This document shows positions 1 through 8,718 of a stretch of DNA of 36,161 nucleotides, piece after piece. Position numbers and translations under genes: made by a program. The stretch's first letter is position 1; the number at the start of each line of letters is the position of its first letter. The stretch is from positions 1-36,161 of the IMG/VR virus record IMGVR_UViG_3300026125_000370; one strand, 5' to 3'. The DNA is from a virus. Its lineage: Duplodnaviria; Caudoviricetes. A model generated the notes under the pieces. The model was not told the DNA's origin, searched no databases, and worked only from the letters and a program-made list of their open reading frames with translations.

Positions 1-260
1 CCGTAATGATCAGAAATCCAAGAAACTCTAGCATCAGTAGTAAACTGAAATAGTACTAAATCAGGCTTTGGGAAATTTTTAAGATATGTGTCTAGCATAT
101 GTAAAGAATATAGCATACTCGTGCCACCTCGAGCACAGTTTACAATCTTATATTCATCGTTCGTATGCAGAGCCATTTCTGCAGGCCAGTTCACCCAACG
201 CCTTTTTGTTCCGCCATGTCCTGCTGTAAAACTACACCCAAATACTGCAATTGTTTTCAT
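1..260 (-). CDS. SGNH/GDSL-like hydrolase or acyltransferase, 3'-truncated by the window edge (absent from ORF track)
   Basis: Manual translation from ATG at 260 (TAATG overlap with upstream stop, AGGA RBS): MKTIAVFGCSFTAGHGGTKRRWVNWPAEMALHTNDEYKIVNCARGGTSMLYSLHMLDTYLKNFPKPDLVLFQFTTDARVSW..., open to position 1. GCSFTxG resembles SGNH block I (GDSxT), NCARGGTS block II, PDLVLFQ the strand before block III. Confidence 0.75.
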   Translation of the reverse strand, partial: MKTIAVFGCSFTAGHGGTKRRWVNWPAEMALHTNDEYKIVNCARGGTSMLYSLHMLDTYLKNFPKPDLVLFQFTTDARVSWISDHY

Positions 261-1534
261 TAATCGTATTTTCCTAATTCTAGTTGTTCAAAGAATGTCT
301 TTGTAATAGGTTCTACAACACTAGATATATTCGTATTTCTAATTTTATTCTGACGTATGAATTCAAGACGACAAATCTTAGAATAATGTTTTTCCTTTAT
401 AGCAAATAAATTATTTTTCACAGCATCGTCTATTTTTTTGTATACGTTAGAAATTTGAGAATCTGTATGACAAGACATATCCCAATCTTGGGTTTCTTCT
501 TTTAACTTTTCTTTAATTTGTAAAAGAACTTCTGGGTCCATCATATACAAACTACTTTCATTATCTATAGGATTTAAATTTGGATCTATAATAATAAATT
601 TCAGATTACTATATTTGCTTTCTAAATCTTTATACCAGTCTCTTATCTTCGGAATCTGTTCAAGATTCATATTAGTAATTAGACAATTAACGTTAAAATT
701 AACATCTGGTAAATGTTTCATATTGTTTTCAATTCGTTTTTGAAATTGAGGCCATTTACTAGGAAATCTAATATAAGAATACAAATCGTCAACTGCGTCT
801 ATGCTAAACTTAATGCTGGTCTTTTTCATTTTTTTAAGTATAGGATAAAATTCTTTAGTAATTACAGTTCCGTTAGTTGTAATTTTAATTTCAACTTCTG
901 GCTTTAAATCACTTACAAGTGTCAATATCTCTAATACGTCTTTACTAAGGAAGGGCTCGCCACCAGTAAATTTAAGTAGCTCTAAATCTTTTATATTTCG
1001 TTTAATATAATCAACAACTGTAGGATCAAAACTTATCCCGAAATCTTTTTCACGTTGTTTTAAAGTTTTGACAGCCCCTTCCCAACGGCTTGGTTTATCG
1101 TCTGGAGCCAAAGATTCTGTTATCTTAACTATTTTATCGCTACTACTTGCTGTACAAAATATACACGCTAAGTTGCAGTGATTGCTAGGTTTTAAATCAA
1201 AAAACTTTGGTACCGGATTGTTATGATCGTATTTGTTTTTCCAGTATTCGTTTGCAGCTATTCTTGGACTAGAAATTCCTATATCATCTTTTTTCCAACA
1301 GTGAGTACACAGTTCATTTCGAACACCGTTAATCATATCAGCACGTAATGTATTCATAGTATCGCTGTAAAACCATTCCTCAGCAGTTAGTTCACTTACG
1401 TGTTTTGTTTGGTCAGTCAGATTTACTGCGTTACAGCATGGAAAATAGTATCCTCTAACATCAAAAAACGGATGAACAAAAGGTAACGCACATAATATGT
1501 TACTTTGTCCATTTTTGGAGTTCTGATTTTCCAA
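260..1534 (-). CDS. Radical SAM protein with N-terminal Twitch/SPASM-like Cys domain
   Basis: CNLACIFC (CxxxCxxC), FTGGEPF, ITTNGT, FSIDA; N-terminal CALPF...PCC...CTHCW. TTG start with AGGAG RBS 6 nt upstream. Confidence 0.9.
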   Translation of the reverse strand: MENQNSKNGQSNILCALPFVHPFFDVRGYYFPCCNAVNLTDQTKHVSELTAEEWFYSDTMNTLRADMINGVRNELCTHCWKKDDIGISSPRIAANEYWKNKYDHNNPVPKFFDLKPSNHCNLACIFCTASSSDKIVKITESLAPDDKPSRWEGAVKTLKQREKDFGISFDPTVVDYIKRNIKDLELLKFTGGEPFLSKDVLEILTLVSDLKPEVEIKITTNGTVITKEFYPILKKMKKTSIKFSIDAVDDLYSYIRFPSKWPQFQKRIENNMKHLPDVNFNVNCLITNMNLEQIPKIRDWYKDLESKYSNLKFIIIDPNLNPIDNESSLYMMDPEVLLQIKEKLKEETQDWDMSCHTDSQISNVYKKIDDAVKNNLFAIKEKHYSKICRLEFIRQNKIRNTNISSVVEPITKTFFEQLELGKYD

Positions 1535-2621
1535 TTACTTCTCCTACTTCAGGTATATGTTGTAAGACATCGAGCTCAGTTGAGTGTTTTACGTAACTTA
1601 AATAATTGTCTAGTTTTTTTAATGTTTCGTCTTTGGGCGTTATGTCTTTTTCAATAGCTGCTAACAACCTCGGAAGCGTAGGATGTTCGTATCCTTTATT
1701 CCTTATATTTTCAACAATTTGTTTGCGAGTTGCGAGAGGAATGTTATAAAGGGTCATATGCTCTGGTTGAGTACATATAGTGTAACTAAAATGAGCTGAA
1801 GATCTTGTTTGACGATAACTGTTAAAAATCCAATCAACAAATTCTTCAAGACCGTATGTGTTTAATACAGTAAATGTAGGAACTAACATCATAGTCCATC
1901 CCTTATGTAGCTCTCGGGCAAATTTAAGTGTGTTTTCATTAACTATGTTCCAGTCGCTTCTTAATCTTTGCGTCTCTGCAAATCGTCCTACACCGTCTAT
2001 ACTGCAATGAAGTCTGCCACTTTTAAATTCATTTAACTTACTAATAATTTCATCATCACAAAAACTCATGTTTGTAATAAATTTTAATTCAATATTCCTG
2101 TCAAGTCTGTCAATCACATCAAACAGCTGAGTTTTATTATAGAAAGGTTCTCCGCCAGCAAGACTAATGCATTTCAAGTTTTTACAGCTTGCAATAAAAT
2201 CCATGATACGGTTGTATTGATCTGGATCTTTAGCCCAACTAATATACGGATTTTCTTTTTTATTTGCTTTACCCCAAAGATGACTGTCTCTATCTCCACA
2301 CATTAAGCACATGTAGTTACAGATATTTCCCATACGTAAATCAATGTATTCTATATGTTCAGGATTTGCTTCTGGCGAAATATTATGTTTGAGCGGATAA
2401 CGTCTATTGAGGTCTTGTCGTTGGCTACTAAATAATTTTTCGTTATCAAAGCACTTAGTCTGACATACCGGTAAAATTTCACCGTTAATCATTTTTTCTC
2501 TGCCGGCAACTAACGCTTCGTCGTTTAAGCTTTTACCCATAGGGTCTCGACTCATACAACAATAACTAAACTGGCCGTCATTCTTAATTTGTACAGTTGT
2601 CCACGGTGCGCTACAATACAT
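1500..2621 (-). CDS. Radical SAM protein with N-terminal Twitch/SPASM-like Cys domain
   Basis: CNYMCLMC, LAGGEPF, FITN, SIDG; N-terminal CSAPW...YCC...CQTKCF. Confidence 0.9.
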   Translation of the reverse strand: MYCSAPWTTVQIKNDGQFSYCCMSRDPMGKSLNDEALVAGREKMINGEILPVCQTKCFDNEKLFSSQRQDLNRRYPLKHNISPEANPEHIEYIDLRMGNICNYMCLMCGDRDSHLWGKANKKENPYISWAKDPDQYNRIMDFIASCKNLKCISLAGGEPFYNKTQLFDVIDRLDRNIELKFITNMSFCDDEIISKLNEFKSGRLHCSIDGVGRFAETQRLRSDWNIVNENTLKFARELHKGWTMMLVPTFTVLNTYGLEEFVDWIFNSYRQTRSSAHFSYTICTQPEHMTLYNIPLATRKQIVENIRNKGYEHPTLPRLLAAIEKDITPKDETLKKLDNYLSYVKHSTELDVLQHIPEVGEVIGKSELQKWTK

Positions 2622-4027
2622 TACATAATATCCTTAAATATCGGAAATGCTTCAAAGAACCGATCTTCCCAGCCACGTTGTTCGTTTACACGTTGTATCC
2701 ATTCGCGAGTTTCTGGTAATCGCTCACTCCAGTCTTCTGCATTCATAAAATTAATGATACCTTTATAGCGTTTAATACCGTAAGACGCATTTAAAAATTC
2801 TTCCTTTGTAATGCCTGCTTCCTTTACACCTGTAAACAATTGCCAGTTTTCTTCAACCCATTCGTAAAACTCTTCATACTTTTGAGCAATCTGTTCTTTT
2901 GTATCTTTAGGCAATACTTTAACATTTAACTGCGGTGGCCAGTATGCAAAGTGCATATTAATGCCGCCGGCTCCTAACGGCCATTTGTTAATTTTCTTAA
3001 AGTTCTGCTGTACTTTCCACTTGATAAACTCTGGAATGTATGCAATGTTAAGTGCCATAATAGTAGTAGCTGTAGTCACTTCTACATTATCAGGCGTATT
3101 ATCTAGTATATGAAAAACACGTTCTTGATGTTCCCATTTAGTAGGGTAACGAATATAATCGTTGCGTTCGTTATCTGCATCTATCGAATAATGGAAACGC
3201 ACACGCTTGAAGTGTGACCATAGTTCGAATAAATCATCACGCCACTCTACAGCATTAGAGTTATAGCGCAATTCAATCTTACTTGCATGTCCACGCTTAA
3301 TACATTCTTCGAGCAATTCGTAATGTTCGTCAATAATAAGTGCTTCGCCACCTGCAAAATATAGCTGATACATATGAGGTATCTGCTCCATTAAATCGTT
3401 CCAGAAGCGAGGATTGTTTTTGTGCCAGTTGTAAGAACTTCCGTTGCTTAATCCTTTGTTATCCCAGTTAGCACTAGATTTTAATCGTTCATTTTGAATC
3501 TTGGGATGAATTTGTTGCCATTCTTTGATCCAACCTGAACTATCATGCGGTGAACACATTACACATGCTAGCTGGCATTTACTTCCCATTCGCAAGTCGA
3601 TGTATCGTATTTTAGGCGGAATAGTTCCGTCTTCTGCTGTTTCTGCAACTAGTTCTTCTAGATTATATCTATTTCCCCAGTAATCAGTTTCCCAGTTACG
3701 TTTAGATAAGTGTCCTGCTGCTTCTTCTTTGTAACACTTGATACAGCTTGCAGGTTGCTCGCCCCGTAGCATCATATTACGTACATTGCGCATGTAACTA
3801 CTGTTCCATGCTTCTTCTAACGAAGTATTATTGAAATTTACACTTTCGCCTTTATCATTCTTAATAACGCCGACTTCGCCGCCGCCTTGTTTAATTGTGC
3901 TGTTAGGGTCTTGTACACTACTTGCATTAGATGTGCAACATGTACGCATCTTGCCGTCTGGACGACTTGAAAGATGTAACCAAGGTAATGCACAGAATGT
4001 GGGGGAGATTTTATCGTATTTGCTCAT
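2621..4027 (-). CDS. Radical SAM protein with N-terminal Twitch/SPASM-like Cys domain
   Basis: CQLACVMC, FAGGEAL, YNSN, SIDA, YIRYP; N-terminal CALPW...TCC...CIKCY. Confidence 0.92.
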   Translation of the reverse strand: MSKYDKISPTFCALPWLHLSSRPDGKMRTCCTSNASSVQDPNSTIKQGGGEVGVIKNDKGESVNFNNTSLEEAWNSSYMRNVRNMMLRGEQPASCIKCYKEEAAGHLSKRNWETDYWGNRYNLEELVAETAEDGTIPPKIRYIDLRMGSKCQLACVMCSPHDSSGWIKEWQQIHPKIQNERLKSSANWDNKGLSNGSSYNWHKNNPRFWNDLMEQIPHMYQLYFAGGEALIIDEHYELLEECIKRGHASKIELRYNSNAVEWRDDLFELWSHFKRVRFHYSIDADNERNDYIRYPTKWEHQERVFHILDNTPDNVEVTTATTIMALNIAYIPEFIKWKVQQNFKKINKWPLGAGGINMHFAYWPPQLNVKVLPKDTKEQIAQKYEEFYEWVEENWQLFTGVKEAGITKEEFLNASYGIKRYKGIINFMNAEDWSERLPETREWIQRVNEQRGWEDRFFEAFPIFKDIM

Positions 4028-4034
4028 AGTTTTA

Positions 4035-4063
4035 ATTATAATATAGCTTTAGTTGTTTGTCAA
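4035..4063 (-). promoter_or_regulatory. Consensus sigma70-type promoter
   Basis: Minus strand reads TTGACA-aacaactaaagctatat(17 nt)-TATAAT-taaaact-ATG; -35 at 4063-4058, -10 at 4040-4035; fills a 40-bp intergenic gap. Confidence 0.88.
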
Positions 4064-4067
4064 GTAC

Positions 4068-5147
4068 TTATTTGAATTGCTCGCCGAACGGATCAAACTC
4101 GACTCCGCATTTCATTGAGCATACTTTAAGTTTACCGTTTGAACATCCTTTGGTTTGCCAGCTTGCTTCAATGTCGTCAAATATGCCTGTTTCGAATACA
4201 GCACGTAGCCCGTTCTTTTTAGCGTTAACAGCATCTTTGCCGCCAGCACGATCGATAAAGTCCCATACTTGTTCTACTTTAGGATTCTTATGCCACCATT
4301 TGTACATACGCCCGGCAGTCCAACAGCATGGCATTGCTAAACCTTCTGCTGTAATAAACAAGTTGCCTGCATCTTTTACTTTACAGTTAATAGGCACTAC
4401 ATCATAGTATGCATCCATACTGCCGTATTTTTCAATAAGCATGTCTTGTTTAGAAAGTGCTTTGTTTTGATACTTTGCATCAGGCTTCTTGAGTTCAGTA
4501 GTTTCGTTACCTTTGCGATCTACTGCTTGATGTGATTCTTTTTTATCTGTTTTTGCTGTTACAAAACGCCCTGTCTTTTTAGCAACGAACTTTTCAAAAC
4601 CCATTGTAGTTGCAAGTTCTTCTGCCTCTTCTACTTGATGCTGATTATGCTCAAATACAAGAAAGTCCCAACGAGCTCTGCCGCCTGCTGCAATAAATGC
4701 TTTCATTGATCGATAAACGTTATCCCAGTTTACACCTTGACGATAGATATGATTAGTATCGCTGAGTCCATCTACACTAAAGATAACAGCGCCCATTCTT
4801 CCGAATGTTTGTGCAAGCTCTGTCCACCATGTTTCGTCTCTTGCTCCTGCATTAGTATTCATACTCAGCCACATGTTAGGATTGTGTTCACGGAAGTACT
4901 TGAATATTTCTAGTGTATCTCGTGCTACAATAGGATCACCTAAGTTACCACACATGTACATAGTTTCTAACTGTGCAATAAACTCTGGCTCGAATATTCT
5001 TTTAGCATCTTCTAGTGTAAGCTCACTTAAATCAATGTGAGGGTTTACGCCTTCACCATTCATATTACGATCGCACATCGGACAACTTGCTTGACAGTTC
5101 TGTGTATTTTCTAAGTGAACTGTTTTTATATTTTCATATTTGTACAT
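4068..5147 (-). CDS. Radical SAM protein with C-terminal SPASM/Twitch-like Cys domain
   Basis: CQASCPMC near the N-terminus, MCGNLGDP in place of GGEP, FSVDG, C-terminal CKV...PCCW...CSNGKLKVCSMKC. Start moved from 5213 to ATG 5147 (MYKYENIK; GAAGAG upstream, 14-nt overlap with previous gene). Confidence 0.9.
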   Translation of the reverse strand: MYKYENIKTVHLENTQNCQASCPMCDRNMNGEGVNPHIDLSELTLEDAKRIFEPEFIAQLETMYMCGNLGDPIVARDTLEIFKYFREHNPNMWLSMNTNAGARDETWWTELAQTFGRMGAVIFSVDGLSDTNHIYRQGVNWDNVYRSMKAFIAAGGRARWDFLVFEHNQHQVEEAEELATTMGFEKFVAKKTGRFVTAKTDKKESHQAVDRKGNETTELKKPDAKYQNKALSKQDMLIEKYGSMDAYYDVVPINCKVKDAGNLFITAEGLAMPCCWTAGRMYKWWHKNPKVEQVWDFIDRAGGKDAVNAKKNGLRAVFETGIFDDIEASWQTKGCSNGKLKVCSMKCGVEFDPFGEQFK

Positions 5148-5691
5148 TTGTATACTCTTCAATTCTAGGCTTACTTTCGTCTGAAGGTAAAGGCACCCCA
5201 GGAGCATTAACATATTTTTTTAAAATAGGATTATAGTATTTGCTTCTATCCTCAGCAGCATAACCTATTCCTATAGCTAATTCAAAATCTTCACCGTGGT
5301 AGCAGCCGCAGTACCCAGTATCTAATCCATAATTAGCAGCAGCTAAAGTAATAAACATCGCTACCATACCTAATTCAAGTTGATAATTTAAATTGTGTTC
5401 GTTACTTCCTGTGTCTCTAAACGAAAGTGTAATTAAATACGGTGCAAGCACTTGTGGATTTCGACGATCAGAAACTGTGTTTTCAGCACACCAAGTAAGA
5501 GCAAATATATTATTCCTTCGTTCGGTATCGGACCAATCTAATAGTTCTATTTTATAAGGAACACGTTTTTGTTTGCTAGGACAATAATCATGTACTTCTT
5601 TTATAATAGCTTCAATGGTACTTCTGTCAGGAATTGTTTCTTTCCATACAAATGTTTGTTTTCTATTTTTGAGAATCTGATTCCAATCCAT
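5134..5691 (-). CDS. Nitroreductase-fold flavoprotein
   Basis: N-terminal ILKNRKQT (RxSxR-like FMN-binding segment), CPSKQKRVPY (APSxxNxQPW-like), LGMVAMFITLAAANYGLDTGYCGC (typical family helix and GLGT strand). Confidence 0.8.
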   Translation of the reverse strand: MDWNQILKNRKQTFVWKETIPDRSTIEAIIKEVHDYCPSKQKRVPYKIELLDWSDTERRNNIFALTWCAENTVSDRRNPQVLAPYLITLSFRDTGSNEHNLNYQLELGMVAMFITLAAANYGLDTGYCGCYHGEDFELAIGIGYAAEDRSKYYNPILKKYVNAPGVPLPSDESKPRIEEYTNVQI

Positions 5692-5916
5692 TTAGTCATC
5701 CATTACCAATTTTATATCTTTTCCAGGTCCAGTACGACTAGGCAAATCACCGTATTGTTCAACGTACCAGTTTATTACAGCTTTATACCAGTTTTGACTG
5801 TTATGATGTGCTTGCCTATTAAACTGCCATATGTTATTATTAGTTGCTTGCATTGTACTTAATGCCCTAGCACTTTCTTTTTGCATCTGTCGCAAGTCTA
5901 AATTATCTAAGTCCAA
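5692..5916 (-). CDS. Small hypothetical protein (74 aa)
   Basis: Exactly fills the gap between flanking genes (14-nt overlap upstream, TAA-ATG abutment downstream); TTG start. Confidence 0.7.
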   Translation of the reverse strand: MDLDNLDLRQMQKESARALSTMQATNNNIWQFNRQAHHNSQNWYKAVINWYVEQYGDLPSRTGPGKDIKLVMDD

Positions 5917-6664
5917 TTTTCATAAACCTTGTGTATTTGTTTAATTCTAGCTCGCCTTCATAAAGTATAAGACTCATAGGTACTGAATTGCTAAACTCTT
6001 CAAGATCTTCAGAGCAGTTAACGTGATCTTCGATACTATAATAGTTATTGCTCTGCAATACAACTAGTTTTCCTTTTGGTATTTTATTATACCATTCTTT
6101 AAAATTTTTAATATGCTCGCAACTAGTATTGATAATAGTATCGGGCCTGTCTAATAGTTCTGCAGACGTTCCGTCAGCTCTAGTTACAGTATAAGTATGT
6201 TCGGTAAAGTTTATGTTGTGGATGTCTTCAGTAGATGCTTGAAATCTCCATTCGTCTATAACCCACGGTCTATTAAAAGTTTTGGCAATATCGATGCAAC
6301 TATCGTCGATGTCAAAACTTCTAATTTTATCCACAGGTATATTACTTTCAAAAAGCATAGTTGCAAGAGTTCCGTACCAACCTGCACATAAAAAAACCGT
6401 TCCTAGATCTATATTAAGATTTTGCAGTTCTTCAATTAACCAAAGTTTGCTCTGTAATTGTCCTCTACTAAAACAATCGCTATTGAATTTAGTGTCATCT
6501 TTATATTTTCGCAAGCCTTCTATCAATTGACTATCTGTAATAGATTGTATTAGCCTAAATAATGCATACTTGTCATTATTAAGTATAGTTTTACGTAAAT
6601 CTGTAAAAAATTGATCTGCCGGATTAATGATTTCAAGTCGATCTAGTATTTCATGTATTTCCAT
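5903..6664 (-). CDS. Class I SAM-dependent methyltransferase-like protein
   Basis: VFLCAGWYG (motif I variant), IRSFDID (acidic end of strand 2), DTIINTSCEH (motif IV region), PKGKLVVLQ. ATG 6664 preferred to TTG 6667 given AAGGA spacing. Confidence 0.7.
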   Translation of the reverse strand: MEIHEILDRLEIINPADQFFTDLRKTILNNDKYALFRLIQSITDSQLIEGLRKYKDDTKFNSDCFSRGQLQSKLWLIEELQNLNIDLGTVFLCAGWYGTLATMLFESNIPVDKIRSFDIDDSCIDIAKTFNRPWVIDEWRFQASTEDIHNINFTEHTYTVTRADGTSAELLDRPDTIINTSCEHIKNFKEWYNKIPKGKLVVLQSNNYYSIEDHVNCSEDLEEFSNSVPMSLILYEGELELNKYTRFMKIGLR

Positions 6665-7331
6665 CAAATTGTTCCTTTAACCAGTCAAAATCGTTGATCT
6701 TTTTAAGCGCTTCTACATCCTTTTGATTTCTAGCACCGTATGCAGAACCTGATTTTGCTCCAGATATTGCATATTTGCCAAAGGGCTTACTTCCGCCTAC
6801 AGTACACCAAGTGTGTAAACGATTATTTGTTTCGTCGTCTTTTTGTCTGTCAATAACTTTAGAACCTAATTTACAACATTCACGAAATGCACTTTTCCAC
6901 GTATTAAAAGGATCTGTATTAAATGCTGTAATATTACTAACATCGGGCATAGCTTTAAATTTGTCACTTATGCTAGTAGTCATATCTGGTTTACTAGTGT
7001 CCATGTTTAGTGTTAGGTTTTTAGGAAATAACTTTACACCTCCATACCCGTAAACAAGTCCATTAATAGGATTTTCACTTCTCCATACGTGTACGGTGTC
7101 TAGGTCCCATTTAGTGACTGTATAAGAGAAATCAAAGTCGTCTTTAATAACTGCATCTCCGTCAACTACCCACATCATTTTAGTTAAACACTTTTCTGCT
7201 GCTGCAATGTGCGCCTGATGTATCCCTTTGACTCCATGCACTCGTTGAGCTCTCGGAAATCTTGTTTTTAAGTTTTTCCAATTTTCATCTGCATTTGGTT
7301 CGTTGTAACTTATGAATATAATATCATACAT
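6651..7331 (-). CDS. Glycosyltransferase-like protein (GT-A fold), paralogue of 8715..9644
   Basis: N-terminal DIIFISYNE strand, WVVDGD DxD motif; shares HGVKG, INGLxYGxGGxK, WxxxFRE with the 309-aa ORF. Confidence 0.7.
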   Translation of the reverse strand: MYDIIFISYNEPNADENWKNLKTRFPRAQRVHGVKGIHQAHIAAAEKCLTKMMWVVDGDAVIKDDFDFSYTVTKWDLDTVHVWRSENPINGLVYGYGGVKLFPKNLTLNMDTSKPDMTTSISDKFKAMPDVSNITAFNTDPFNTWKSAFRECCKLGSKVIDRQKDDETNNRLHTWCTVGGSKPFGKYAISGAKSGSAYGARNQKDVEALKKINDFDWLKEQFDGNT

Positions 7332-8718
7332 ATGAGTTTTTGCACATCCTTAAAAAAGTTTTATATTGAGGGAATGTTTTAAGAAAGTCTTTCCCTCTAC
7401 GTTGATCATATTGTGTTATAAACTGGTAAAACTGGTATCTAAAGCGTTTTACATTTTCATGTTCTTTTTCAAATCTACTTTCGCAATCTTCATAAATTCT
7501 AAGTAGCTTTTGTTTTTCCCAATCACTAAAAGACTTTTGCTGTTGCACAAATTCTAGTGCAGGTTTGAGGTATTTTAATACTAGTTCCTTTGTAGCAATT
7601 TTAATATCTAGAAAATGGGGATGCCTTACAAATGCAAAGTCACATTTTACTCGATTGTTAGAATACTTTTCTTTAAGAGACTTAAGGTAGTATATGTAAC
7701 TACCGAATGTAGGTAAGCTTAGTATATTAAATGCGCTCATAAAGTTAAGTTTTACGTGTTCTGCATTATCTAATAGATACGCAACATTAGTTGTAAACAG
7801 ATTCCAATCCATTCCGTCTCTAGAATACTCTGCCTGAATTCCTGAACTCTCTGCACTAGTATGTATTTCTATTAGTCTAACACAGTTTTTTTCTGTCAGT
7901 CTGTTAAGTTGATGCACAAACTTTTGATAAATCTTTTCTTCAACACAACTATTTGTATTAATAGACAACTGTAAATGAGGTTGAGGATTTTCTTCTAAGA
8001 AATCTAAAACTTTCCAAGTATCTTTACTCAATAGCGGTTCGCCGCCAGTGATTCGAAATACCATTAGATCCTTAACTAGATCAGGCCACCATTTCCAAAA
8101 TGCTTCTACATAAGGATTATATTCTCTGTTAGGTATTTGAACTTCGTGTTCCTTAATGCCGTTGTAGTGCGTCATATGCAGCTTGTACGGGCCCTCTGTG
8201 CGTATTTCCTCAGCCCACTTACTACTAAACGGCGGACCGCAATAAGAACACTTAAAGTTGCATACATTCGAAAAGCTAATTTCCATATAACGTGGATTTA
8301 TATTTTCGTCTCCAGTGCTTGCAATAATTTTATCATGATCAATCAAACTCCAATCTTGCAAGCTTTTCTGAACACGATCACTATAACTATTAGTATTATC
8401 TTCAATACGCCAGCAATAGTCACACTCGTCAGGACGTTCTCCGTTGAGCATTTCTTTTCTACGCTGCTTCTTTTCCTTTGTATTGTGTAAAGCACTTGGA
8501 TTTTCTGCTAGTTCTTCTAGCGGAATCTTGTGTGCGCCTACGTGATGACAACTATGCGTAATTCCGCTGCCTAAGTGCGTAGTTACTTGCGACCATTTTG
8601 CTAAACAGAACCCGCAGCCTGTATTATCAAGCAGTTCTTTCATAGGTTTAAAGTTGTCAACACTAGTTACAACTTTATTGTTGTCGTCGTGCTTTAAATT
8701 TGCATCATTTATATTCAT
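7324..8718 (-). CDS. Radical SAM protein with N-terminal Twitch-like domain (CHH variant)
   Basis: CNFKCSYC, ITGGEPL, INTN; N-terminal CGFCLAKW...HSCHH...CDYCW. Confidence 0.92.
   Translation of the reverse strand: MNINDANLKHDDNNKVVTSVDNFKPMKELLDNTGCGFCLAKWSQVTTHLGSGITHSCHHVGAHKIPLEELAENPSALHNTKEKKQRRKEMLNGERPDECDYCWRIEDNTNSYSDRVQKSLQDWSLIDHDKIIASTGDENINPRYMEISFSNVCNFKCSYCGPPFSSKWAEEIRTEGPYKLHMTHYNGIKEHEVQIPNREYNPYVEAFWKWWPDLVKDLMVFRITGGEPLLSKDTWKVLDFLEENPQPHLQLSINTNSCVEEKIYQKFVHQLNRLTEKNCVRLIEIHTSAESSGIQAEYSRDGMDWNLFTTNVAYLLDNAEHVKLNFMSAFNILSLPTFGSYIYYLKSLKEKYSNNRVKCDFAFVRHPHFLDIKIATKELVLKYLKPALEFVQQQKSFSDWEKQKLLRIYEDCESRFEKEHENVKRFRYQFYQFITQYDQRRGKDFLKTFPQYKTFLRMCKNSYV

Noticed and set aside
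5148-5213. Tracked N-terminal extension of the rSAM gene (likewise 18883..18912 for the fibre)
   Set aside because: Would overlap the upstream gene excessively; downstream ATGs fit coupling, RBS or paralogue starts better.
260-8718. Assigning the rSAM genes to MoaA, QueE, NrdG or PqqE
   Set aside because: No partner genes (moaC, queC/D, nrdD, pqqA/D) in the window and architecture differs; no gene symbol justified.
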